A stretch of DNA of 64,000 bases from Octopus sinensis (Eukaryota), in the NCBI RefSeq assembly GCF_006345805.1, contig NC_043007.1, positions 39,990,001 to 40,054,000 on the forward strand. Direction: 5' to 3'. A program made the translations under genes and the position numbers. The notes below the pieces were generated by a model. The model was given only the letters and a program-made list of their open reading frames with translations, did no database searches and had not been told where the DNA came from. Shown here in pieces: positions 52,661-64,000 of the stretch (its first letter is position 1; every line of letters starts with the position of its first letter).

Positions 52661-53418
52661 CCTTCTATATAATAAATTAATTTTACTCTGCTATGTATTG
52701 AGTACCTTATTTACTGTGGTTAACCCCGAATCAACCCCGGACCTACATATATAAATATATATATACATATTCTCACCTGATGAACTTAGTGACATGAAAC
52801 TCGAATCGCTAGATAAACTCTGTTTAAGTAAAAGAAAAAGATATATTCATATCCTCTACAACATGGACTGAGCATTCGTCCGATACAAACCAATGTACTA
52901 TACACACAGCCATACACGCGCACACACACACACAATTAGAGATCCGTCGGCGGGAGAAATTTCGTTGGTGAAATGGAGGAGTATAGACCCCCAGCAGTAC
53001 GTTGTCTATTCACTTGCAAGAAACCGCAGCCAAATATATGTCATCTAATATAAGGACAGAATACAATCCGATAATATAGTCCTACAGACAGTACGGAATG
53101 TTCATAGTTCTGAGGTTTACTCAACCAGGGTTGCATGGCTTGCTGGGAGAAACTCCACCACCAACACTAACAGCAACAACTCATATTTAATTTTATCGAC
53201 CCCCACAAAAGATGAAATAGTTAAGTCAATCCTAGGAGAGGTTTGAAACCGAAACGGAAGGGGAAGCAACAAAACACTATACAATACATTTTTTATAGGA
53301 CTCTATACCACCAAATCCCATTATTCTTCTTTTAAAAAATTAAAAATACGCGCGTGTGTGTGTGTGTATGTGTGTGTAGACAGATATATATACATACATA
53401 TGTGTGTGTGTGTGTGTA

Positions 53419-53673
53419 CTGTTGAGTCTGAGGAGAGACATTCTCTTTTGGTGCCTTATAATTTAACACACTCACCGGTAGAATTTCCACTCATGTCTTT
53501 TTTGTTTTTCTAAAATTTTCGTTGTGTCTTGTAACCTTTTCAATAGTTTTGAAAAAGTTGCAAGACGCAACGAAAATCTTAGAAAAATAAAATAGAAATA
53601 AGTGGAAATTCTACCGGTGAGTGTGTTAAATTATAAGGCACCAAAAGAGAATGACACTCCCCAGACACAACAG
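53419..53673. repeat. 255-bp near-complete hairpin
   Basis: 73-bp outer arms (53 bp perfect), inner arms paired down to a loop of about 5 nt. Confidence 0.9.
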
Positions 53674-53735
53674 AATATGCTTCATCACACGAACTCACAT
53701 AAATAATCTTGCAAACCAAATCCCAAAAACGAAGT

Positions 53736-53850
<115 letters not shown>

Positions 53851-54063
53851 GTAAAATAAAGACTCAAATACAATCAGTTACTTGAAAAGATATGCACCAG
53901 GTAGGGTCGGATAAACCTGTGATTCCGGCCTATGGTTAGTAAGGATTTTCGGTTTGTGTGCATGTTCTCTTTCTTCTATTAAAAAGATACGTAAGATATA
54001 GCTGTAATAAGCTGACAATTATCCAGTCCGCTGCCCTCACCACTGGTTATATATAGTATAGTA

Positions 54064-54387
54064 GAGGCGCAATGGCCCAGTGGTTAGTGCAGCGGACTCG
54101 CGGTTTCGATTCCCAGACCGGGCGTAGTGAGTGTTTATTGAGCAAAAAACACCTAAAGCTCCACGAGGGGGTAGTAGCGAACCCTTCTGTACTCTTTCAT
54201 CTCAAGTTTCTCTCACTCTTTCATCCTGTTTCTGTTCTACCTTGTCACGCTGAATCTCCCCGAGAACTACGTTAAGAGTACACGTGCCTGTGGAGTGCTC
54301 AGCCACTTTGAACGTTAATTTCACGAGCAGGCTGTTCCGTTAATCGGATCAACTGGAACCCTCGTCGTCGTAACCGACGGAGTGCCA
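54064..54387 (+). mobile_element. SINE family C with internal deletions
   Basis: Homologous to 7906-8288. Confidence 0.85.
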
Positions 54388-54397
54388 CGATATATAT

Positions 54398-54464
<67 letters not shown>

Positions 54465-54779
54465 ATGCATATGAAGGCATGTATGTGTATGTTCAATAGT
54501 AGAATAGCAGACGGTCTTATGGTTTTGAATTACCTCCCTTTATTGTCCGAGTTCAAATCCCGCCGTGGCTGAATAATGCTGCGACCATTTCTGCCGGCTC
54601 TTTATGTTCTGGGTTGATTTTGCTTTCATCTTTTCAGAATGTATAAAAATAAGTACCAGTTGAACATTAAGGGTCGATGCAATCGACTCGCCCCTCCCCA
54701 CAAAATTTTAAGCCTCGTACCCATAGTACAAAGGACCCATAGCCTTGTGCCCATAGAATTATTGTGCGAAGACATTAGG

Positions 54780-54995
54780 CGGCCAACTGGTAGAATCGTT
54801 AACGAGTTGAACAAAATTCTCAGCCGTATTTCTTTCATATCTTTTGCGTTTTGGGTTCATATTCTGTCAAGATAGACTTTACCTTTCATCTTTTCGGGGT
54901 CGATAAAATAAGTACCATTTGAGGACTGGGGTCGATGTAATCGACTTACTCCCTCCCTTAAAAGTGCTGACCTTGTGCCAAAATTTGAAACCGTT
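54780..54995 (+). mobile_element. SINE family B (alternative tail)
   Basis: Family match; related copies at 56085-56295(-), 56490-56640(-) and 57955-58110(+). Confidence 0.75.
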
Positions 54996-56453
54996 ATTGT
55001 GTGAAGGCAGGTGAGTATGTGTTAGTGGTGCTGTAATAGTTGTTTAATCTTAATGTTCCGTTCTCTTTCTGCTGACTTACGATCAAAGATATTCCAGCCT
55101 TGATCATCTCATCTTATACTCAGACCTCCGTACTTCAGGTCCATATTATCAAACTTGTCCATTCCTTTAGATTGTAGTACGTCATTTGAGATAAAAAATT
55201 TGGCTGCGATTTCTAGCAAGTCGAACGACCGAGCAGAGTCGTCTCGTGTTCAATGCGGTTGAGTGAGATGAGGGGTGGTAGGTGGAAACACAGCAAGGAT
55301 GCCAGAAGGAACTACAGACGTGTGTATTCTGGGTGGAGAGATTGGTATACATATTAAAAATTCGATATTACAAATTTATATATTTAAAAAATTACATAAT
55401 AGCAATTTAATTAAAATTAAGTAAAATTAACCCTAAGTCTTGAAAAAAGAAAATAAGAGAGTCGTTTCTGCATTTTACATTCAGTTTGTTCATTAGCGTT
55501 TATTTTTGAAAATATTTTTCTAACTGTAAATAGAAAATATTCTGTTATCTGAGAATGCAGGCTTTAAAGAATTTAATGTGAATTCATAGTTTTGGCGAAA
55601 TTAACCCTTGTAAACAATTGTGTTTACTGCACATGTATGTTGTCTAGCGGTGTTAAGTAATTACAATTTTGCTTGATAGATAGAAGTATTAGTTGCAAAT
55701 CAACAGAGAATCTTGTAGCTAGCTGGCTGAGAGAGAGAGAGAGGGAGAGAGAGAGATGGGGAGAAAGAAAGACAAAAGAACAGTACACCGCCTGTGAATC
55801 GATCAGTGACGGTAGTTTGTTTGGTGAGTAAAATAAATCTTTTATTATTTTAATCTAATTGTTTTCTCCCGGTTGTAGTCCAGGATGTGTGTGTGTGTGT
55901 GTGTGTGGCAGCAGCAGTGCCGTCCCAGATATTTGGTCATTTGTCTCATATGGGTCATACACAACAGTTGTTCGGAAACAAGTACAAGATCACCCGGAAA
56001 TACTACCCGAGTTGAACTTGACTCCTAACCATTCAAAGGAAAAAGACAATTATATAAAATAATAATAATAATAACTAGTTGTTTCCAATGTTGGCACAAA
56101 GGCCGGAAATTTGGAGTTAGGGCTCGTCGATTACATCGTCCTCAGTGTTCAACTGGTACTTAATTTATCGACCCTGAAAGGATGATAGGCGAAGTCGACC
56201 TCGGTGGAATTTGAACTCAGAACGTGCAGACAGACAAATGCCGCTAAGCATTTTGCCCGGCGTGCTAACGATTCTGCTAGCTCGCTACTTTGCCACCCTC
56301 TTATTATTAATAATAATAATAATATAATAATAATAATAATAATAATATAATAATAATAAAAATAATAATAATAATGATAATAATAATAATGATAATAATA
56401 ATAATGATAATAATAATAATAAAAAAAAAATAAATAATAATAATAATAATAAT

Positions 56454-56485
<32 letters not shown>

Positions 56486-57339
56486 ATCCTTTCTACTGTA
56501 GGCACAAGGCCTGAAATTTGCGGGGAGGGTTTTAAGTCGATTACATCGACTCCAGTGTTTCGTTGGTACTTATTTAATCGACCCCGAAAGGATGAACGGC
56601 AAAGTTGGCCTCGACGGCATTTGAACTCAGAACATTGTGAAACGAAAGGCTGCAAAGCATTCTGGATAATGATACATATATAGATAATTAATGAGTTAAT
56701 TATTGGCCTTTAAACAAACTCCTTTAAGTCAAATAATTTACGTACAAGAATTCAAAGAACTTTATTGGAGTTGTTGATGTTGTTTGTCTTATTATTAACG
56801 TTATTCCAGCCATGACCATCCTGTCATTTTCTGAGTTTCTGGGATGGTATAATTTTAAAATGTTAGTTCACATTACTCAGTAAGGAGTATAGGGCCGGTT
56901 TCCCGGTTTCTCTGGTATATACATTCCCCACCTGGACGGGACACTGACGCATTGCAGGGTTACTCATTTTTACCGACTGAGTGAACTGCTGCAAAGTGAA
57001 ATGGAGGTTTTGCTCAAGAACACAACCCATCGCTTGGTCCAGGAATCGAAACCGCAATCTTACGATCATGAGCCCAACACCTTAACCACTGAGCCATGCG
57101 CCTCCACAATTATACTCTCATTTAATATACTGCTCCCTTTACTTAAAGTCAGTAGCAGTTGTAATTTGAAGAAGGTTTGCCTGCTATTTCTAGTCTTAGT
57201 AGATCGAGCCTCCACTAACCCTAACACCCGATCCTCCTTTAAAGACACTTAACCACTCTCATTTGCAACATTCTCCATTTATTTTAGTACTAAAGTTCTC
57301 GACTATTTCATGCGCTCGAACCTGTTCGATTCCTATTTT

Positions 57340-57565
57340 ACTTTTCTGGACCCCTATGGACATTCATCGTTTAAAAAAGTCACTTTATATTTTTATAATT
57401 AAATATTATTAGGAATTGTACGAAAAAATTGTTGAAAATATTTTGTGCAAGATTGAAGAATAAGAAATTTATTGCACATAAATTTTATGAGCAAAATCTT
57501 ATATGGACCCCTAAGGGTCTTATGGAACCTTAAGGGTCATGTGGACCCCGGTTGAGAACCACTGT
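57340..57565. mobile_element. hAT-like MITE remnant
   Basis: GGTTGAGAACCACTG terminus; interrupted relatives at 60715-61250 and 62208-62800. Confidence 0.55.
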
Positions 57566-57715
57566 AATTAAACAGACCCTATTTCCCTCCTTGTTCTACT
57601 CCACTACTGCATTGGTGACATAATTACAGTTGAAAAACTGCCTGGCCTGGCCTGGACTTGTACAGTGACCAGAGATTTTCGTCAGTGAATCCCCAAAACC
57701 CAGTTTTCAGTAATA

Positions 57716-57931
57716 CGAGTGGGTGTTGTTAAGTTCCTGACTTTGGGTAAAAGAAAATAGAGGAGGAAAAGTTCATTATGATATTATACTACATATCCCC
57801 CCTCTCAGATTCACACACTTATTGCAGCGGTCCTTCAGTTTTTTTTTAAAGCCCTGTAAAAGAACTTGGAAGATTGAGTCACCTACCAGGCCTTTCGCGA
57901 CACCCTTAAAGACAGGAACTTTTCAACATCG
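57716..57931. mobile_element. Mariner-type MITE (same family as 14607)
   Basis: Colinear similarity with degenerate TIRs. Confidence 0.75.
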
Positions 57932-58338
57932 ATTAGCAATTTCAGCTGTTGCTTGTTAACCGGCAGAATTGGTAGAGCGTCAGACGGAATGATTTGCAAA
58001 ATTGGTTCTGAATCTTACCGCTTTGAGTTGAAATCCCGCCTAGGTCAACTTCTTGCATCCTTTCAGGGTTGATAGATAAATACCAGTCATACACCGGGGT
58101 TGATTTCTCTTTCTCTCTATCTCTCACTTCCTGAATCGGCTCCATTGTGCTATAAAAATGAGTTCTCTTACTCCAGAAATGATTATGAAGCTAGCAATCC
58201 CTTCTCATAGAAAAACCGGTATGTTACAGGAACCGTTGCCCCTAGCCTAAATGCAAGCATTCAGGCAGGGTCTCTGGTCAAAGACCACTTCCTCCCTTCC
58301 TACAAAAAGTAATGGAAGCTTCAAAAAGGGGTCATACC

Positions 58339-58768
58339 GGATCTTTTCGGTTTGAACGGCAGTTTTTTCTAGCGGTGTCATATGAAATTGTCGCCCATAA
58401 TTATGACCCTAGTATCGATCTATTGCATTTCAATCTGTTTTGAGGATAGGGTTAGTTAGGGTTAGGGTTAGGGGTGGGGGGAAGGGTATCTTTTTTTTCT
58501 TCACAAATGTAAATAAGCCCAATCTGTTTCTTAAACGAGGGACATATTCATACGGCACAGAATGTTTTTTTACCTCAATAGACGTCAATGATTGGTTGAA
58601 ATTGCAGAAACTGAAGAAAAAAACCCAACTTACAAACTAAAGAATTTTCTCAATAAAGCCAAGAGAAAAAGATGTTTTATAAGCACATTCTATCAGTACA
58701 CGAACTTTAAAAGTGTTTAGTTACGTGGAAATTATTTTAAAAAACTGCCGTTCAAACCGAAAAGATCC
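58339..58768. mobile_element. MITE with 30-bp TIRs, 8-bp TSD and internal TTAGGG; Merlin-like
   Basis: Perfect TIRs GGATCTTTTCGGTTTGAACGGCAGTTTTTT; GTCATACC at 58331-58338 and 58769-58776; empty paralogous site near 59480. Confidence 0.9.
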
Positions 58769-60076
58769 GTCATACCCTCTGCTGGGCCCTTTCTAACGTA
58801 AAAAATGTCAGCCAATGAAGAATCTTCTACATGGTCGCTTGAAACAGCAGTCAAGTTTCCCTTTTTCTTTCTCGAGTGAGAAAGGTCACTGGAAGTGCTA
58901 GGTATAGAAATAGCAGCTAAATATCTCTTTTTGATATTTGAGAGCAAAGGGTCAATCAAGTATCTCTACGTGAAATAGGAACCAAATCTCCCCGCTTGAT
59001 ATTAGAGTGAGAAGGGTCACTGAATCTGCTGAAAGTAGAAATAGCAGCCAAATTTCTCTCAACTCAGAAACAGTTACTGTTTTAAATAACGACAGGACAC
59101 ATCGGATAATGCGATCCTACAAACGTTAAAAAAAGATTGGAGGGTCATGGCCGGCGTGTTCTTTTGATTATGAGTCTGCTCGATCAGAACCGACGCAGGA
59201 AATAACATTAACCACCACTACCACCACCACCAGTACCAATTCCTCTACCACTACCACCACCACCAGTACCAATTCCTCTACCACTACCACTACCACCACC
59301 ACTACAACTACAACCACCAGCATCACCACTACTACCACCACTACCAGTACTTCCACCACTACTACTACCACTACCACTACAACCGTTGCCCCTAGTCTAA
59401 ATGCAAGCATTCAGGCAGGGTCTCTGGTCAAAGACCGCTTTTTTCCTTCCTACAACTAGTCTTAGAAGCTTCAAAAAGGGGTCAAACCCTCTGCTGGACC
59501 CTTTCTAACGTAAACCCTAACCCTAACCCTAACCATTACCACTACAACCACCAGCATCACCACTACTACTACCACTACCACCACCACTACAACCAGCAGC
59601 ATCACCACTACTACCACCACTACCACTTTAACCACCAGCATCATCACTACTACTACCACTACAAACACCACCATTACTACTACTACTACCTCCATCACCA
59701 CCACTACCACTATCACCCCTACCTCCACTACCATCACTACTAATATCATCACCACCAACAATTACAACAACAAATGGCACCACATATTTCTGTAAAAAAA
59801 AACCAAACGTGGTGGTCATAACTAACCCGGAATTAAATAACTACTTCAAAAATCCCAGAAAAATAATTTAGCAAATACGTCTATGGTCGGGTTTGAACTC
59901 AGGACTTCACTGAACGTAGTGTGCGTTCTACTGTTTCTACCATTGCATATTCATGTTTAAACAGCATTCATCTTTTAACAATGGATCCCTTTGATTCCCA
60001 TATAGCTCAGGTGGCGGAGGAAACCCTCACAGCCATTCGATATCTAAAAGCTATTACCTTTTTTTTTTCTTCCATA

Positions 60077-60705
60077 GGCGCAGGCCTAGCTGTGTGGTAA
60101 GAAGCTTGCAGAAACGTTAGCACGCCGGGCGAAATGCGTAGCCGTATTTCGTCTGCAGTTATGTTCTGAGTTCAAATTTCGCCGAGGTCGACTTTGCCTT
60201 TCATCCTTTCGGGCTCGATAAATTAAGTACCTGGGGTCTATGTAACCGACTTAATCCCTTTGTCCTTGTTTGTCCCCTGTACGTTTAGCCCCTTGTGGGC
60301 AATAAAGAAATAAGAAGCTTGCTTTCCAACCACATGGTTCCACGTTCAGTCCCACTGCGTGGCACCTTCGGCAAGTATCTTCTACTATAGCCTAGGGCCG
60401 ATTAAAGCCTTGTGAGTGGATTTTGTAGACGGAAACTGAAAGAAGATCGTCGTATATATGCATATGTGTGTATTTATGTGTGTCTTTGTGTCTGTATTTG
60501 TCCCCTCTCCCACCTACATTGCTTGACAACCGATGCTGGTGTGGTTGCGTCCTCGTTAGACCAGCGGTTCGACAAAAGAGACTGATAGAATAAGTACTAG
60601 GCTTTAAAAAAGTAATAAGTCCTGGAGTAGATTTCTTTGACTAAAAAACCCTTCAAGGCGGTACTCCAGCATGGCCGCAGTCAAATGGCTGAAACAAGTA
60701 AAAGA
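60077..60705 (+). mobile_element. SINE family A interrupted by SINE family B (60110-60312)
   Basis: 10-bp TSD AGAAGCTTGC at 60100-60109 and 60313-60322. Confidence 0.9.
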
Positions 60706-60773
60706 ATCTAAAATCTATTATATCTTTGTTTAAATATTAGGAATTGTATTTAAAAATGTGTAAATATTTTGTA

Positions 60774-60931
60774 GGAGTGGAGTGTGGTAAGCAGCTTGCT
60801 TACGAACCTCATGGTTCCGGGTTCAGTCCCACTGCGTGGCACCTTGGGCTAGTGTCTTCTACTATAGCCTCGGGCCGACCAAAGCCTTGTGAGTGGATTT
60901 GGTAGACGGAAACTGAAAGAAGCCCGTCGTA

Positions 60932-60976
<45 letters not shown>

Positions 60977-61184
60977 TCGTGTGTCTGTGTTTGTCCGTCC
61001 CCCCCAACATCGCTTGACAACCGATGCTGGTGTGTTTAGGTCCCCGTAACCTAGCGGTTCGGCAAAAGAGTCCGATAGAATAAGTACTAGGCTTACAAAG
61101 AATAAGTCCTGGGGTCGATCTGCTCGACTAAAGGCGGTGCTCCAGCATGGCCACAGTCAAATGACTTAAACAAGTAAAAGAGTA
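60774..61184 (+). mobile_element. SINE family A, near-consensus copy inserted in a hAT-like MITE
   Basis: Complete head, body and tail. Confidence 0.93.
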
Positions 61185-62504
61185 AATTCTAACTGGAAAA
61201 TCTTACGTGAACCTCCAAGGGCAACATGGACCCCGGGTGGGAACCACTGGCTCGAATGTTGTTTATAATGCCCCTAGGAAAAGAAAGGGAACGCTATAGT
61301 ATAGACATCGACAAGACAGTCTTTTTTTTTTTTTTTTTGGAGATGCGGACCGCATGAGACATGGTATAGTTTTTCATCAGGTGGACCGCAATACTAAAAA
61401 AAATCAAGGTAACTTTTCCTTAGGTGGGCCATTTAGAAAGCCCCGCGGGCCACGGTTTTACCCATGATAGTAATAGCCTTCCGTAAATTTTTGGACTCAT
61501 GATAAAGAAAATCGATGTCTGTGCCGTTGTTGCTGTTGTTTTTAGTACTATTATTGAACAAACACGTGATCAGAGGCCTTCTAGCCGTGACCACCACGCT
61601 TTTTTTTTCTGATGCGTTCTGCTTTTCGAGATAATGCAGGCGTAATTCGAAAGGGATTCACTCGCTATTTCAAGCATAGTGAACGACCACATAGAGGCAC
61701 CTTTGTTGGCTCGCGTTGCTGGTGTGTGTGTGTGTGGTGTGTGTGTGTGTGGTGTGTGTGTGTGTGTGTGTGCGTGTGTGTCCTAACTGGACTGACCTGT
61801 AATCAAAGGTATTCCAAACGTGGTCACCTTGTATCTTATATAATCTTCCAAGACATAGTATATTTCAGACCACATTATCCAATCTGTCCAATTTTCAGAA
61901 GTTATACGCTTCAAAATGGATTTAGCTCCTGCTTCTAGTATATCATGCGACTACGTAGGGGCTGTGTGTCGCAAAATTCTCCAAAGTGAGAAATAAAAAA
62001 ACCTTCCCCTTTCACCTCTACAGCCACTGTCAGTTCTCCGAGACGGTTTCAATCCCGAGACCAACCAGCTTCACTTCTTTCCATTTACAGAACTAATTCA
62101 CTAACTTTTTTTATAAAGGCATGAACCTCACAAATTCCACATTTGTTTAAGTACACGCCTTAAACACATATACATTAGGCTTTTTGTTTTTGTAATATTA
62201 TCTAACACAGTGGTTCACAACCGGGGTCCATACGGTCCTTGGGGTTCCATATCAGATTTTATTGTTCGTGACTGTGTGGTAAGAAACTTGCTTCCCAACC
62301 ACATGGTTCCGAGTTCAATCACACAGTGTTGTACCTTGGGCAAATGTCTTTATCTATAGCCTCGTACTGACCAAAGCCTTGTGAGTGGATTTGGTAGACG
62401 GAAACTGAAAGAAGCCCGTCATACATGTGTGTGTGTGTCTGTGTTCGCCTCACCCCCACCACTTGACAACCGATGTTGGTGTGATTACGTCCCTGTAACT
62501 TAGC

Positions 62505-62670
62505 GTTTCGACTGATATACCCTCCAGCCTTCTTCAGGTGTCTTGGGGAAATTTCGAAGCTGGGTTCTCATTCCTAAGGTATTTTTCGATGTTATTATTA
62601 TTGTTCATGTCACTACTTGGAATCGAACTCGGAATCTGGGGTTAGTAGCCCGCGCTCTTAACCACTACGC
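62505..62670 (-). mobile_element. Family H element (tRNA head plus hammerhead core), 3'-truncated and joined to a SINE A copy (62268-62505)
   Basis: GACAC-CTGAAGA-A-GGCTG...CAGTC-GAAACG; homologous to 9790-10025. Confidence 0.75.
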
Positions 62671-63714
62671 GTATTGTAAATAAGAATAAAAGAATATTAA
62701 ATTGCTTGTATTTATAATCAGAATATTTAAATTTTTTAAATACAATTCCTAATAATATTTAATTATATAAATACAGTAAGATATATTTTTATATGCAATG
62801 AATTATTATGGAGATCCCTTACCCCTGACCCATCGTCCCCACCCCCATCGTCCCCCACCTCATCGTCCGCCACCCCCATCATCTGCCACCCCCAGTCATC
62901 CAACCGTCATCCACCCTGTTTTCCCTCACTCCCTCGTGCGCCGTCCCAGTCGTCCGGCAACCCCACATCCGCCACCCTATTGTCCGCCAACACATCGTCT
63001 CCCCAACTCCATCGTCCTAACCCCGTCGTCTCCTATCCTAATCGTCCCGTATCCCAATCGTCCACCACCCCCAATCGTCCCCTATCCCAACTGTCCTCCA
63101 CCTGAATTGTCTTTCACCCCCATCTTCCTCACACACCACTAGCTACGCTGCTGCATATTGTCTGAATTTGAAATCATTTTTATGTTTTCCATCGTAAACT
63201 CCTTAGATTTTGGACGGGTCTACATTCTGAAAGCCCTAACGTTTTTGGTCTTACAGTTCCTATTACATTTTGGAGGATGCATGTTCATTTTACAGCTTTT
63301 ACATTTTTTTAAGCATGTACCCATCTAACAATCTGGGGATTGTTGACATTTGATGTTCATTCTGAAGCTTTTAAATCGTTGAATATGTGGGTGTATGGTT
63401 ATAAATTTGCTTCCCAACCACATGGTTCCGAGTTCAGTCCTGCTGCGTGGCACCCTCGAGCCGATCAAAGCCTTGTGAGTGGATTTAGTAGGCTGAAACT
63501 GAAAGAAACTCGTCCAAGAGATTGAAAAAAAATCTACATTATTTATTCATCATTACACGTGTTTCATTTGCGAATAGGAGTTACAAAGTTGTACAGGTAG
63601 AAAATACATGTATGATATCTCCAATTAGAAATTCTTCTGACAGAATCAACTCTTATGCATACATCACACCAATATAACAACTACACATGCTCTGGCGTGG
63701 CTGTGTGGTAAGAT

Positions 63715-63820
63715 GAAATTTCCCCCAACACACCCGAAGAAGGCTGGAGGGTATATCAGCCGAAACGTTTTGTTAACAACAAACAAGATGAGGACAAATA
63801 TCCGTCAAATGTAAATAATG
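63715..63820 (+). mobile_element. Family H 3' fragment with a mutated hammerhead core
   Basis: CCGAAGA-A-GGCTG...CAGCC-GAAACGTT followed by the shared GAGGACAAATATCCGTCAA tail. Confidence 0.75.
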
Positions 63821-64000
63821 AATCTGGAAGATCGTGCGAATTTAAGAATTTATTAACCACATGGTTGCTTCTTAACCACATGGTTCCAGGTTCAACCCCA
63901 CTGCGTTGTACTTTGGGCAGGTGTCTTCTACTATTACCTTGGGTCAGCTAGAGCCATATGAGTAGATTTGACAGACGGAAACTGGAAGAAGCCTGTCATA

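Larger units (their letters stand above)
52492..52675. repeat. Perfect inverted repeat with 84-bp arms and a 16-nt spacer (PLE-type)
   Basis: 52492-52575 is the exact reverse complement of 52592-52675. Confidence 0.95.

Noticed and set aside
52770-52820. CTGATGA...GAAAC hammerhead-like pair
   Set aside because: No convincing stems I-III or NUH site.
58446-58470. Interstitial telomere or chromosome fusion site
   Set aside because: Only a few TTAGGG units, and they are internal to a MITE.
60774-60850. tRNA genes at SINE heads
   Set aside because: A/B boxes are present but there is no acceptor stem, and each continues into a SINE body.

Overview
AT-rich, microsatellite-saturated eukaryotic DNA. 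The SINE and microsatellite landscape strongly resembles an Octopus (coleoid cephalopod) genome; this is inference, no search was run. Almost all supplied ORFs are translations of simple repeats. Recognisable content: about 35 tRNA-derived SINE copies from several families, a full-length dead DD34D mariner, two DD37D (maT) remnants, a rearranged RTE-type LINE RT fragment, a HINE-like element, and MITEs with readable TIRs/TSDs (Tc2/pogo-like, mariner, piggyBac-like, Merlin-like, hAT-like). There are also several long palindromes, two local tandem duplications and a 100-N gap. No protein gene can be identified with confidence, but three plus-strand exon candidates splice in frame. The most interesting signal is a set of type I hammerhead-ribozyme motifs of the Penelope-like-element kind. 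One occurs as a mirror-image pair inside a perfect palindrome, and another sits in the tail of a tRNA-headed SINE-like family. A unique pre-miRNA-like hairpin lies at 28143-28232. SINE boundaries are approximate.
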